64,000 nt of DNA from Chrysomallon squamiferum. Its lineage: Eukaryota; Animalia; Mollusca. This document shows positions 9,868-20,600 of this stretch, one piece after another. How positions within the stretch are numbered: position 1 is the stretch's first letter; every line of letters begins with the position of its first letter. The stretch spans positions 9,610,001 to 9,674,000 of the forward strand of contig CM022677.1 in the NCBI GenBank assembly GCA_012295275.1, in the 5' to 3' direction. Position numbers and translations under genes: made by a program. The notes under the pieces are model-generated. The model was not told the DNA's origin. It searched no databases and saw only the letters and a program-made list of their open reading frames with translations.

Positions 9868-12828
9868 GTTTTATATAGTTTTTAAATAGGTATTTCGTTC
9901 GACTACTTCACCGTGGTAACCTTTTCGTTTATAAAAGAATGAAACTGTTATAGGTAGCTAAGACATAGGTAATGAGAGAGGCAGATTGTATAGTTTAAAA
10001 CAAATGAAATAATGTAGCCAGACTGACAAACACACAGACAGAGACACTGAAAGACTGACAGAATAAGGCCAACGGAGATGATAAACAAGAAAGGTCAGAA
10101 CAAAACGTGACAAACCCTCTTTGCTGAGTAATGGAATAACCTCTCGCCAGAGGGCGCACTGAGAATGACGTAATCCTTCTCGCTGGTTAATATTTCCCGT
10201 ACTGTTAATCTGCAGATATTTCTGGTTTCTAATATCATACTTCGGCCATTTCGATGACAAATTTCTGAGAGAGAAAAAAGAATAATAATAATAAATTAAC
10301 AAGAAAAAGAGAAAGCAATATAAGTGTGTGGGTGTATTGGCCGTAACTAGACTCTTTTTCACGTGAGGCAGAAACACTTAATCGCCGAGTGGAGCGGAAT
10401 ATTCTGGGCGAGGGGTTAGGGTATGGGGGCTAAATGACAACATACATTACATCTAGAGCCGGGCTAAGACTGAGTCGTGTGAAAAGGATGCTTTGAATCA
10501 TCAGCTGTTCGATGTTGTCTTTCACTTCAAATGTAACCGTAGACATAAATGAATGTATTGGTCGATATCGTTTCCATCGGAATAGAGATTGAAATTTTAT
10601 ATTTTTTATATAAATCTTTCTATTAAAAAAACCCCAACAAAAACGAAATAAAAAAAATAAAGTAAAAAGAAAACTAAAATAAATTAAAACTGGAGACTGT
10701 TAAATACACATCAGAAAACCGCTATCGAGTACTAAATGTATCTGTGTCAAGCTACATGTCTTTTTATACACATAACTTAGTTATTTCTAAATAAATATGA
10801 CGTTATATATTATAACTAAACATGTGTATATATAACAGTTATTTTTATTTATAACTATTCAAATAAAAACATGTGTATATATATAACAGTTATTTTTAGC
10901 TGTGAATAACCTGTCATTAATATTTCTAGTTTACCTATTACAATTTTTTTTTTTTTTCTATTTTCTTTTTTGTTATATCTATTTAAATGTAGCTTATTCA
11001 TTTTTGGCTATGTCTTTCTAAATTTAACCAAACTTATTTTTAGTTATGTCTATACCAGTATATTAAATGCAATGTAAATACCTATTTAAATATACCATAC
11101 AAGTATTTAATTATGTCTGTATAAATAAAACATACTGATTTTAGTTACATGTATTTAAATAACATTAATTTTTTTACGTAAATTTAATTAAGGAAATCTA
11201 CGCATTATTTCTAATTATCTAATAATCATATTTGTTTTTAAATATTTCTATTTAAACATAACTTAGTTTTATCTACAATGATTTATTTAAAGGTGTGCAG
11301 TTTCACTATACTGATTGACTGTTATGTATTTAACTTACCCAGTTTTGGCTAACTCAGTCCACAGACTCATGATGGAAAGACTCGTTGTTTTGTCTTTCGT
11401 GCTGTAATTTTCAGATCCGTTTGTTGTGATTCCGAACACGAATTCCACTTCGTACCCGTGCGGCACACCCATCCACGCGGGCCAGCTCAGTCCACTGAGG
11501 CGGTATTCGAAGGAATACAGATACACATCATTTCCCAGCTCGCTGTAAATTCGCGCCAAATCTACAGTCGGGCACTTAAATGCTCTGTCTCCTGCTATGT
11601 CATCAATGATGTCTAAATATCGAGGAAGATCTTTTGGAAGATAGGTTTTCTCGTATGTGTGAGTTACAACAGTGACGACGTCGTCTGTGTCTAGAGGTTT
11701 CAAAACTGTTTTCTCTACTTTTATAAACTCGTCCCGTGTCAGTTCTGTTTGGTTGTGCCGTTTAAAGAATTCAGGAATACCGTACAGCAGGAAGTACCCG
11801 CCCTCGTCTTTGTTCACTCCTAGAATGATGCTCGTGTTTTTTATGTCTCCTCTACTCAGCAGATCCTCGGGCTCCGCTGTAATAAAATATCCGTCGACTA
11901 CAGGCGCGAATGGCACATCAAAGAAATATTCTACTACGTCCCACTGTTTAGTAACCAATGTCTGTGCGTCTGTCTGTACTAGACATTTATACCATGATTC
12001 AGTGTCCGCCCCAGGACAGTTCAAAGCGTGGGCTAGTCTCGCTGTTCGCTGTAACGAGGCAGGTTTGGGGAAAAGCGACCAGTAGGACAGCGACGTGCCG
12101 CTTTCCATGATGGCGTTGGTGAAATAGTCACGTGATAGCCTGGACAGTAAATGATAATGAACGCAACTGGAGCCAGCACTTTCACCGAAAATAGTAATCC
12201 TGGTTTTATCTCCTCCGAATTTCTCTACGTTGTCGTAAACCCACTTGACAGCGAGCGACTGGTCCAGCAATCCGACGTTCCCCGGCACCTCCTCAGTACC
12301 CATGTAGAGAAAGCCCAGTGCGCCCAGTCTGTAGTTCATAGACACGACAACGACATCGTTCTGAACAGCGAGGTATTGGCCGTTATATACGTCAAGATTA
12401 ATTGTCCCGAAAGAAAACGATCCGCCGAATATCCAAACCATAACAGCTAGCTTGCTATCAGCGGAATCCGGTTTTGGTTTCCAGAGATTTAAATACAGGC
12501 AATCTTCGCTCATTTTCGTGTTTGGGTTCCACATCTCGACACCAGGAAATCTGTCAAACTTTGTGTCGATTGTCTGGTGACAGGAGTTAGGTAAAGACTG
12601 CGTTCTCTTCGTCTCTGTCCATGTTTCGGGTGATTCCGGGCGTCTAAACCGAAGATTCCCGACTGGAGGTTTAGCGTACGGAATTCCGTAGAATACGTCT
12701 AAGAGTTTGTCGAAAACGGAAATTTCTAAACCTTCAACTGGACCATGTGTCGTGTTGACAACTGGGTTAGCTCCCTTACATTTTGAGACCATCTCCATAA
12801 TGATAAGCAGGAATAGAGTTTGCATCAT
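9664..12828 (-). CDS. Cholinesterase (acetylcholinesterase-like type-B carboxylesterase), 587 aa; complement(join(9664..9788,10116..10264,11339..12828))
   Basis: Signal peptide; GIPYAKPP; EMWNPN (Trp84); SEDCLYLN; GESAG (Ser200); NKDEG (Glu327); WMGVPHGYE (His440). The six canonical disulfide Cys are present. Introns of phase 2 and 1 join in frame. Hydrophobic C-terminal tail. Confidence 0.93.
9809..9868. repeat. (ATT)n microsatellite in the last cholinesterase intron
   Basis: Directly visible. Confidence 0.95.
10116..10264 (-). CDS. Cholinesterase coding exon 2 (NLSSKWPKY...QCALWREVIPLLSKE)
   Basis: WPxY and CAxW motifs typical of the cholinesterase C-terminal region; CTCAG acceptor, G|GTTTG donor. 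Confidence 0.88.
11339..12828 (-). CDS. Cholinesterase large catalytic exon
   Basis: 497-codon ORF containing all triad motifs; donor GG|GTAAGT after ...LAKTG; upstream acceptor TTTTAG places the exon start at 12854. Confidence 0.95.
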
Positions 12829-14061
12829 CTCGCATGCGTTTTGTTATTTCCGCTCTAAAATGAAATATGAAAATCGTTCAGCAAAAGTATTAAATATTAT
12901 TAGTTTCTTAATTGTACAACACACATATACCCAGACACGTACAGAGACCTACACACTCATACACCCTGACCCATACACATACCCACAGAGATAAATCAAA
13001 TGACTGATAACGGATCTTTGAATTTTATATATTTATTTATTCATATTCAGAACGAAATAAGTTTTTCAATCATTCTGCCAAACTTATTCTTTACAATTTA
13101 TCTGATAGCTATTTATTTGTTTTGTTGCTTCATTAAATATATATTTTATTTAACAATGAATGGAAGTACAAATTACTACAAATTTATAAACTCTTTATAA
13201 TTTTCAGTAAGTTAATAAGGTTAGAGAGATTTAGATCAAAAGCAGTATATAGCAGCGATTTCCAGATTCTGTGTATAATTATAGTAAATGAAATTATAAT
13301 TTGCAAGGTTTTTGTTGTACTTTTTCAGCTAGAAAAGAATGTTAAAGAAATTATATAGAAGTAGCAGACGAAATTATCAAATCAATCAGTTTTACTTTTC
13401 ACCCACCATCATTATGCCCCTCCCCTTGCATTCAGTTATTTGCACTAAACAGCTAGGTCAGCGATTCACACTGTAGCAGATTCTGGCAACAACAACAACA
13501 ACAACGACTGAAAAGAAAAACTTGGTTAGTCTGACAAGTACAATTGGTGGACTGACATTATAAATGACCTCTATTATTGTATTGTGAAATATTGTATGTG
13601 AAAACTACTTTTGTTAGGGCTCAGAAAATTTAGCAGCATTTAATGTGAATATACACTTGTGAAAGAATAAATAAAATGGCTGTCACAGAGTAAGTGCCTA
13701 CCATGTGAATAATATATAACGAAAACAGAAATGTTCCATCTAAAATTCAAACACAATTCTTTGATTTTCTCAGAACAACTCCCAAGGGAAATAACTCGAT
13801 GTCGGTTTGAGAGAATTCGATGTTTTATGTCAAAGATAGTTTTCACCTTCTCTGACTGACTAGTACGATACGTCTCTTCAAGCCAGCGGTTAAATAAATG
13901 ATAATTCTTTTTGAAACCAAGACCAGATATTTTACAAGAACCGCCGTTAGAACAACTAAAGCAACAACAACAACAACAACAATAATAATAATAATATATG
14001 TTTTTGTGTGTATATTATTGTAATAGTAGCAGTAGTGCCACATTTTCGTTACACGCAAAGA

Positions 14062-14365
14062 CACTCATACACAACATACAAACACAAACATACATACACA
14101 CAAACATACATACAAACACAAACATACATACACACAAACATACATACACACAAACATACATACACACAAATATACATATACACAAACATACGTATACACA
14201 AACATACGTATACACAAACATACATACACACAAACATACATACACACAAACATACATACACACAAACATACATATACATAAACATACGTATACACATACA
14301 TCCACAAACACCCACCTACAAACACCCACACAAACATATACACATATAAACACACTCATACACAC
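14062..14365. repeat. ~18-bp period CA-rich minisatellite (ACACAAACATACATACAC-like)
   Basis: CACAAACATAC recurs about every 18 bp; source of the His/Thr-rich spurious ORFs. Confidence 0.9.
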
Positions 14366-14552
14366 GTGTTTGTGTGTTGTGTGTGTGTGTGCGTGTGTTT
14401 TATAAATGACCACCTCTATTTTATGTGCTTCAAATGCAGCTCCACTGAGAGAAAATTCAATTCTTGCAGCTCGCTACACATGAATTAAAGATTTTCTTCC
14501 ACACAAATAAACCTGTTCACGCTTTGACCAGCAGGGTAACAACCAGTCTGAT

Positions 14553-15045
14553 GAGGGCGGATCTGTTTTAACTAGAGGGCGCTCAACCTTACTTTCCTCT
14601 TTTAGTAGGATTCTTTTTTCTTCTTTTTTTTTTTTTTTTTTCCTTTTTTTATTTATTTATTTATTTTTTTAATACTTCTATAAAATGTATTTCGGTATAT
14701 CAGATTGCATGATTAAATAGATCTCAGATCTGTTAGCTGTAAACTGAAATAAATATGTCAACCTGGTTATTATTATTTATTTGTTTCTTTTTTTTTTGTT
14801 TGTTTACAGAATGAGATGGAGGTAAGAATATAGAGCGGGAAAATAATATCGATGTGTAGGTAAAGTGTAACCAAGGGAAACAGCGCCTTGGTCAAGCAAT
14901 GAAACTGCGCCCCATCCAAACCAATATTTTTTATTATTAATTATTTATATACATTGCTTTTTTTCAGAATCTGCTGAGTGGCGCCCCCGTCATGTGGTGG
15001 GCCCAGAGCAACTGCCACGCATGCCACACCCTAGACACGCCCCTG
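14553..15045. mobile_element. Possible degraded non-autonomous DNA transposon (MITE, PIF/Harbinger-like ends)
   Basis: GC-rich imperfect inverted ends AGGGCGGATCTG ... CTAGACACGCCCCT, subterminal GGCGCCCC/GCGCC motifs and an AT-rich interior. No clean TSD. Confidence 0.35.
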
Positions 15046-15474
15046 AATATAGCGATATAATTTAGCGACATAAATAAAACTGAAATGAAAACTTTTAGCA
15101 AGCATATTAAACATAACGTCAAAATATAAATCTTTTAAAACACATATTAGAGTAAACGAAAAGTCGACTTACCTGTAAAACATACAGCCCACCTGTGTTC
15201 CTAGCCGACAAACTAATTTAGTTTGTTAAATATAGAAACATGTATGTAAGTGGTTTGGGATACGTTAACGATTAATCTGCATGCTAATTCAGTTTGTAAA
15301 CAGGGAAACAGAACACCAAAACCACATACAAACACATACATTACACATACAAAGAGGCACACACATACATACAAACACACACACATACAAATACACACAT
15401 ATACACACACACACACACACGCACACGCACACACACATTAACAAACCCATGTTTGAAAAAGTTAAATAACTTAC

Positions 15475-15614
15475 CTTACGTTGTGCAAACATCATCTTAC
15501 AGATCTCTCTGGTATAATGAATTGTTTCTGTGTCTGAAAATCTAGCTGCTTTAAAAACGTCATCTTTTCCTTGTATAAACATCTAGAGAAGGTTTCGAGT
15601 CAAAGTTTTCATGG
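15475..15614 (-). other. Candidate 5'-UTR exon of the cholinesterase
   Basis: TTTCAG acceptor and strong AAG|GTAAGT donor. It does not join the main ORF in frame, so it is non-coding or uORF-bearing if real. Confidence 0.3.
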
Positions 15615-15894
15615 CTGAAATGTAGCGACATGTTTTTATAACATTTTTTTTTTTTCTTGTCCAAAAAAATAAGAGACTAGTTTTAATAATGTCATCGTTT
15701 ACATCTCTAAAAATCTAGTACAGTATTACTATAGTAATTTTTTATACGTTTAAAATCTAGAAAATACGTCTTTTCTTCACATATAAAATTTGAGAAATGT
15801 CATTGTTCCATGTGCCAATTTATTTTTTGTATATACATCTGGGGCTGTTTTTGTTTTTGGGGGTTTTTTTTGTAGTTTATTTTTTTTTTTTACA

Positions 15895-15926
<32 letters not shown>

Positions 15927-17356
15927 CATATTTCTATCATAATATTATTTCCATCGCAAAATATTTAGAGAAAATTTTAGAAATATCTTCTCTTCCAAAA
16001 CTACAATCTAGAGAAATGTGTTAATGACGTCATGTTTACTATGCTGTCAGAAATCCTTTTCACAGAAAATCCATATCGATTTCAAGAAGGAAGAAATTCA
16101 AACTAAATGCCATCGTTGACAGAGTCTTTCTGGAAATAAAAATTACTCCGAGTTTAGATGAATTATTACTTTGTTTCAACATTTATACATCTACGCACCT
16201 TTTTATTCATCTTCTTAAACTGTGCATTAAATAAATCAATACATAATAAATAAATAAATTAGTAAATAAGTAAATAAGTAAATAAGTAAGTAAGTAAGTA
16301 AGTAAATAAGATTAAAATAAATAAATCAGATTAAAATAAATAAAATAATAAATACTCCTCCTTGTACTTACAACAATCGCAAGAATAATACTAATAAAAC
16401 ACACTGAAATAAAAAGTCGTTTTAGTGATGTTTAACAGGAATGTTATTTTGAAGGTTTATTAAAAGTTGCTGTTTGCTACTTTTCTTTAACAGAACAGTT
16501 ACTATTAATATAACATTTTCATTTTCCTTCTGAGTGGTGTTGCCAAATACTGATACAGTGATTCTTTAACAAAAGTGTTAATATTACTGGTTTTCATATG
16601 ACTGTCGTCTTTGCTGATCTAACTGTCTATCTATACACACATACACACAAACATACGCGCACATACATTTATATCTTTTTTCTGAAAATTGGATTGAAAA
16701 ATACCAACAATATCAGGATCTCATTTTAAATTATAAACAATGCACGAACACTGATTTAAGTAAATAAACAAACAACAACAACAAAAAAAGAAAAGAAATA
16801 AAAAGATTTTCGAATGTTTCTAATCAGACATTTACAGTTTACATGCATTATATGATTGTCATCACAGCAGTCATTGTTATATTTATATTAGTCCGTTTAT
16901 GTATTGTCCTTGACACGCCAGTTTTGTTTACTACTTAGAATACGTTACCTGAACACAGTAACACAACAAACTATGTTAAAACGTGACCTTTGTTTCATAA
17001 TAGAATACTCGACACGCTTGTAGGTACACACAAAAATAAATGAATATTCGACACGTCGCATTTTATAATGCAGTAGTAATAGTAGAAGCATTCGGCCTTA
17101 GACAAAAACAGTTTTCATTACCGAATGTGTCCGTTCAGCTCATTTTCTAGTTCAAAAATAATTGTTTATTGTTTTTATTTATTTGCAACAACTATCACAA
17201 TACTAGTAATAGCAAAAATAGTCCTAGCAGTAACACTAGTCGAATTTATAGTAGTTGTTGTTATTGTTGTAACATTAGTAGTAATAAAAGCATTAGAAGT
17301 AGCAGTAATAGTAATAGTAGTAGAAACGTTAGCAGACCCAATAGTATTAATTAATT

Positions 17357-17370
17357 AATAATAATAATAA

Positions 17371-17401
<31 letters not shown>

Positions 17402-17437
17402 AAGAAGAAGAAGAAGATTAATAATAATAATAATAAC
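17357..17437. repeat. Compound (AAT)n-(AAG)n-(AAT)n microsatellite
   Basis: Directly visible. Confidence 0.95.
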
Positions 17438-17448
17438 AGTATACTAAC

Positions 17449-17650
17449 CTATCAAAATCCTCGTCTTCCATCTTCACGACTAACATGTGAACGTGGCTGT
17501 TTTTCCGACATCCGACTAGTGGATAATAGGTCCGGGAACCGTCTGTGATCTTTTATCGATTACATCGATCTGAATAGAGGTTAATCAAATTTTTACAATT
17601 TTCATAACGCCCAGCGATCGTGCTAATGGGTTTGCGGTTTCAGCGCGCCT
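17449..17650 (-). other. Candidate first (5'-UTR) exon / promoter-proximal CpG patch of the cholinesterase
   Basis: CpG-rich unique sequence ending in an AG|GTTAGT donor on the minus strand, adjacent to the minisatellite. Confidence 0.3.
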
Positions 17651-17651
17651 C

Positions 17652-20600
17652 GGAGAGGTGACGTCAGTTTTAAAATGCAAACACTTGCCTCCCAGTGGTG
17701 GGGGGAGAGGTGACGTCAGTTTTAAAATGCAAACACTTGCCTCCCAGTGGTGGGGGAACAGGTGACGTCAGTTTTAAAATGCAAACACTTGCCTCCCAGT
17801 GGTGGGGGGAGAGGTGACGTCAATTTTAAAATGCAAACACTTGCATCCCAGTGGTGGGGGGAGAGGTGATGTCAATTTTAAAATGCAGATCAAACACTTA
17901 CATCCCAGTGGTGGGGGTAGAGGTGACGACACTTTTAAAATGCAGAGCAAACACTTGCATCCCAGTGATGGGGGAGAGCTGTCGTCAATTTTGAAATGCA
18001 AACACTTGCCTCCCAGTGGTGGGGGGAGAGGTGATGTCAATTTTAAAATGCAGACACTTGCCTCCCAGTGGTGGGGGGAGAGGTGTCGTCAATTTTAAAA
18101 TGCAGATCAAACACTTACATCCCAGTGGTGGGGGGAGAGGTGACGACACTTTTAAAATGCAGATCAAACACTTGCATCCCAGTGGTGGGGGGAGAGGTGA
18201 CGTCAATTTTAAAATGCAAACACTTGCATCCCAGTGGTGGGGGAGAGGTGATGTCAATTTTAAAATGCAGATCAAACACTTGCCTCCCAGTGGTGGGGGG
18301 AGAGGTGACGTCAGTTTTAAAATGCAAACACTTGCCTCCCAGTGGTGGGGGGAGAGGTGACGTCAATTTTAAAATGCAAACACTTGCATCCCAGTGGTGG
18401 GGGGAGAGGTGATGTCAATTTTAAAATGCAGATCAAACACTTACATCCCAGTGGTGGGGGTAGAGGTGACGACACTTTTAAAATGCAGAGCAAACACTTG
18501 CATCCCAGTGATGGGGGAGAGCTGTCGTCAATTTTGAAATGCAAACACTTGCCTCCCAGTGGTGGGGGGAGAGGTGATGTCAATTTTAAAATGCAGACAC
18601 TTGCCTCCCAGTGGTGGGGGGAGAGGTGTCGTCAATTTTAAAATGCAGATCAAACACTTACATCCCAGTGGTGGGGGGAGAGGTGACGACACTTTTAAAA
18701 TGCAGATCAAACACTTGCATCCCAGTGGTGGGGGGAGAGGTGACGTCAATTTTAAAATGCAAACACTTGCATCCCAGTGGTGGGGGGAGAGGTGATGTCA
18801 ATTTTAAAATGCAGATCAAACACTTGCCTCCCAGTGGTGGGGGGAGAGGTGACGTCAGTTTTAAAATGCAAACACTTGCCTCCCAGTGGTGGGGGGAGAG
18901 GTGACGTCAATTTTAAAATGCAAACACTTGCATCCCAGTGGTGGGGGAGAGGTGATGTCAATTTTAAAATGCAAACAGATCCCAAATGTCAATTTTAAAA
19001 TCCATCCCAGTGGTGGGGGAGGTGATGTCAATTTTAAAGGTCCCAGGTGATGTCAATTTTAAAATGCAGATCAAACACTTACATCCCAGTGGTGGGGGTA
19101 GAGGTGACGACACTTTTAAAATGCAGAGCAAACACTTGCATCCCAGTGATGGGGGAGAGCTGTCGTCAATTTTGAAATGCAAACACTTGCCTCCCAGTGG
19201 TGGGGGGAGAGGTGATGTCAATTTTAAAATGCAGACACTTGCCTCCCAGTGGTGGGGGGAGAGGTGTCGTCAATTTTAAAATGCAGATCAAACACTTACA
19301 TCCCAGTGGTGGGGGGAGAGGTGACGACACTTTTAAAATGCAGATCAAACACTTGCATCCCAGTGGTGGGGGGAGAGGTGACGTCAATTTTAAAATGCAA
19401 ACACTTGCATCCCAGTGGTGGGGGAGAGGTGATGTCAATTTTAAAATGCAGATCAAACACTTGCCTCCCAGTGGTGGGGGGAGAGGTGATGTCAATTTTA
19501 AAATGCAAACACTTGCATCCCAGTGGTGGGGGGAGAGGTGATGTCAATTTTAAAATGCAGATCAAACACTTGCCTCTCATTGGTGGGGGGGGGAGTCAAT
19601 TTTAAAATGGTGTCCCAGTGGTCAATTTTAAAATGCAAACACTTGCATCCCAGTGGTGGGGGGAGAGGTGATGTCAATTTTAAAATGCAAACACTTGCAT
19701 CCCAGTGGTGGGGGGAGAGGTGACGTCAATTTTAAAATGCAAACACTTGCATCCCAGTGGTGGGGGGAGAGGTGACGTCAATTTTAAAATGCAAACACTT
19801 GCATCCCAGTGATGGGGGGAGAGGTGATGTCAATTTTAAAATGCAGACACTTGCTTCCCAGTGGTGGGGGAGAGGTGACGTCAATTTTAAAATGCAAACA
19901 CTTGCCTCCCAGTGGTGGGGGGAGAGGTGACGTCAATTTTAAAATGCAAACACTTGCCTCCCAGTGGTGGGGGGAGAGGTGTCGTCAATTTTAAAATGCA
20001 AACACTTGCCTCCCAGTGGTGGGGGGAGAGGTGATGTCAATTTTAAAATGCAGACACTTGCCTCCCAGTGGTGGGGGGAGAGGTGTCGTCAATTTTAAAA
20101 TGCAGATCAAACACTTGCCTCCTGGTGGTGGGGGGAGAGGTGTCGTCAATTTTAAAATGCAGATCAAACACTTACATCCCAGTGGTGGGGGTAGAGGTGA
20201 CGACACTTTTAAAATGCAGAGCAAACACTTGCCTCCCAGTGGTGGGGGGAGAGGTGTCGTCAATTTTAAAATGCAAATACTTGCATCCCAGTGGTGGGGG
20301 GAGAGTTGACGACACTTTTAAAATGCAGATCAAACACTTGCATCCCAGTGGTGGGGGGAGAGGTGACGTCAATTTTAAAATGCAGAGCAAACACTTCCCT
20401 CTCATTGGTGGGGGGAGAGGTGTCGTCAATTTTAAAATGCAAACACTTGCATCCCAGTGGTGGGGGAGAGGTGATGTCAATTTTAAAATGCAGATCAAAC
20501 ACTTGCCTCCCAGTGGTGGGGGGAGAGGTGATGTCAATTTTAAAATGCAGATCAAACACTTGCCTCCCAGTGGTGGGGGGAGAGGTGATGTCAGTTTTAA

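Noticed and set aside
5714-12450. Antisense or alternate-frame ORFs over the sulfotransferase and cholinesterase exons (e.g. 5714-6160, 11672-12085, 12151-12450)
   Set aside because: Shadows of real coding sequence with no recognisable motifs.
13998-14413. His/Thr-rich and Cys/Val-rich ORFs
   Set aside because: Products of the 18-bp CA-rich repeat, open in several frames on both strands.
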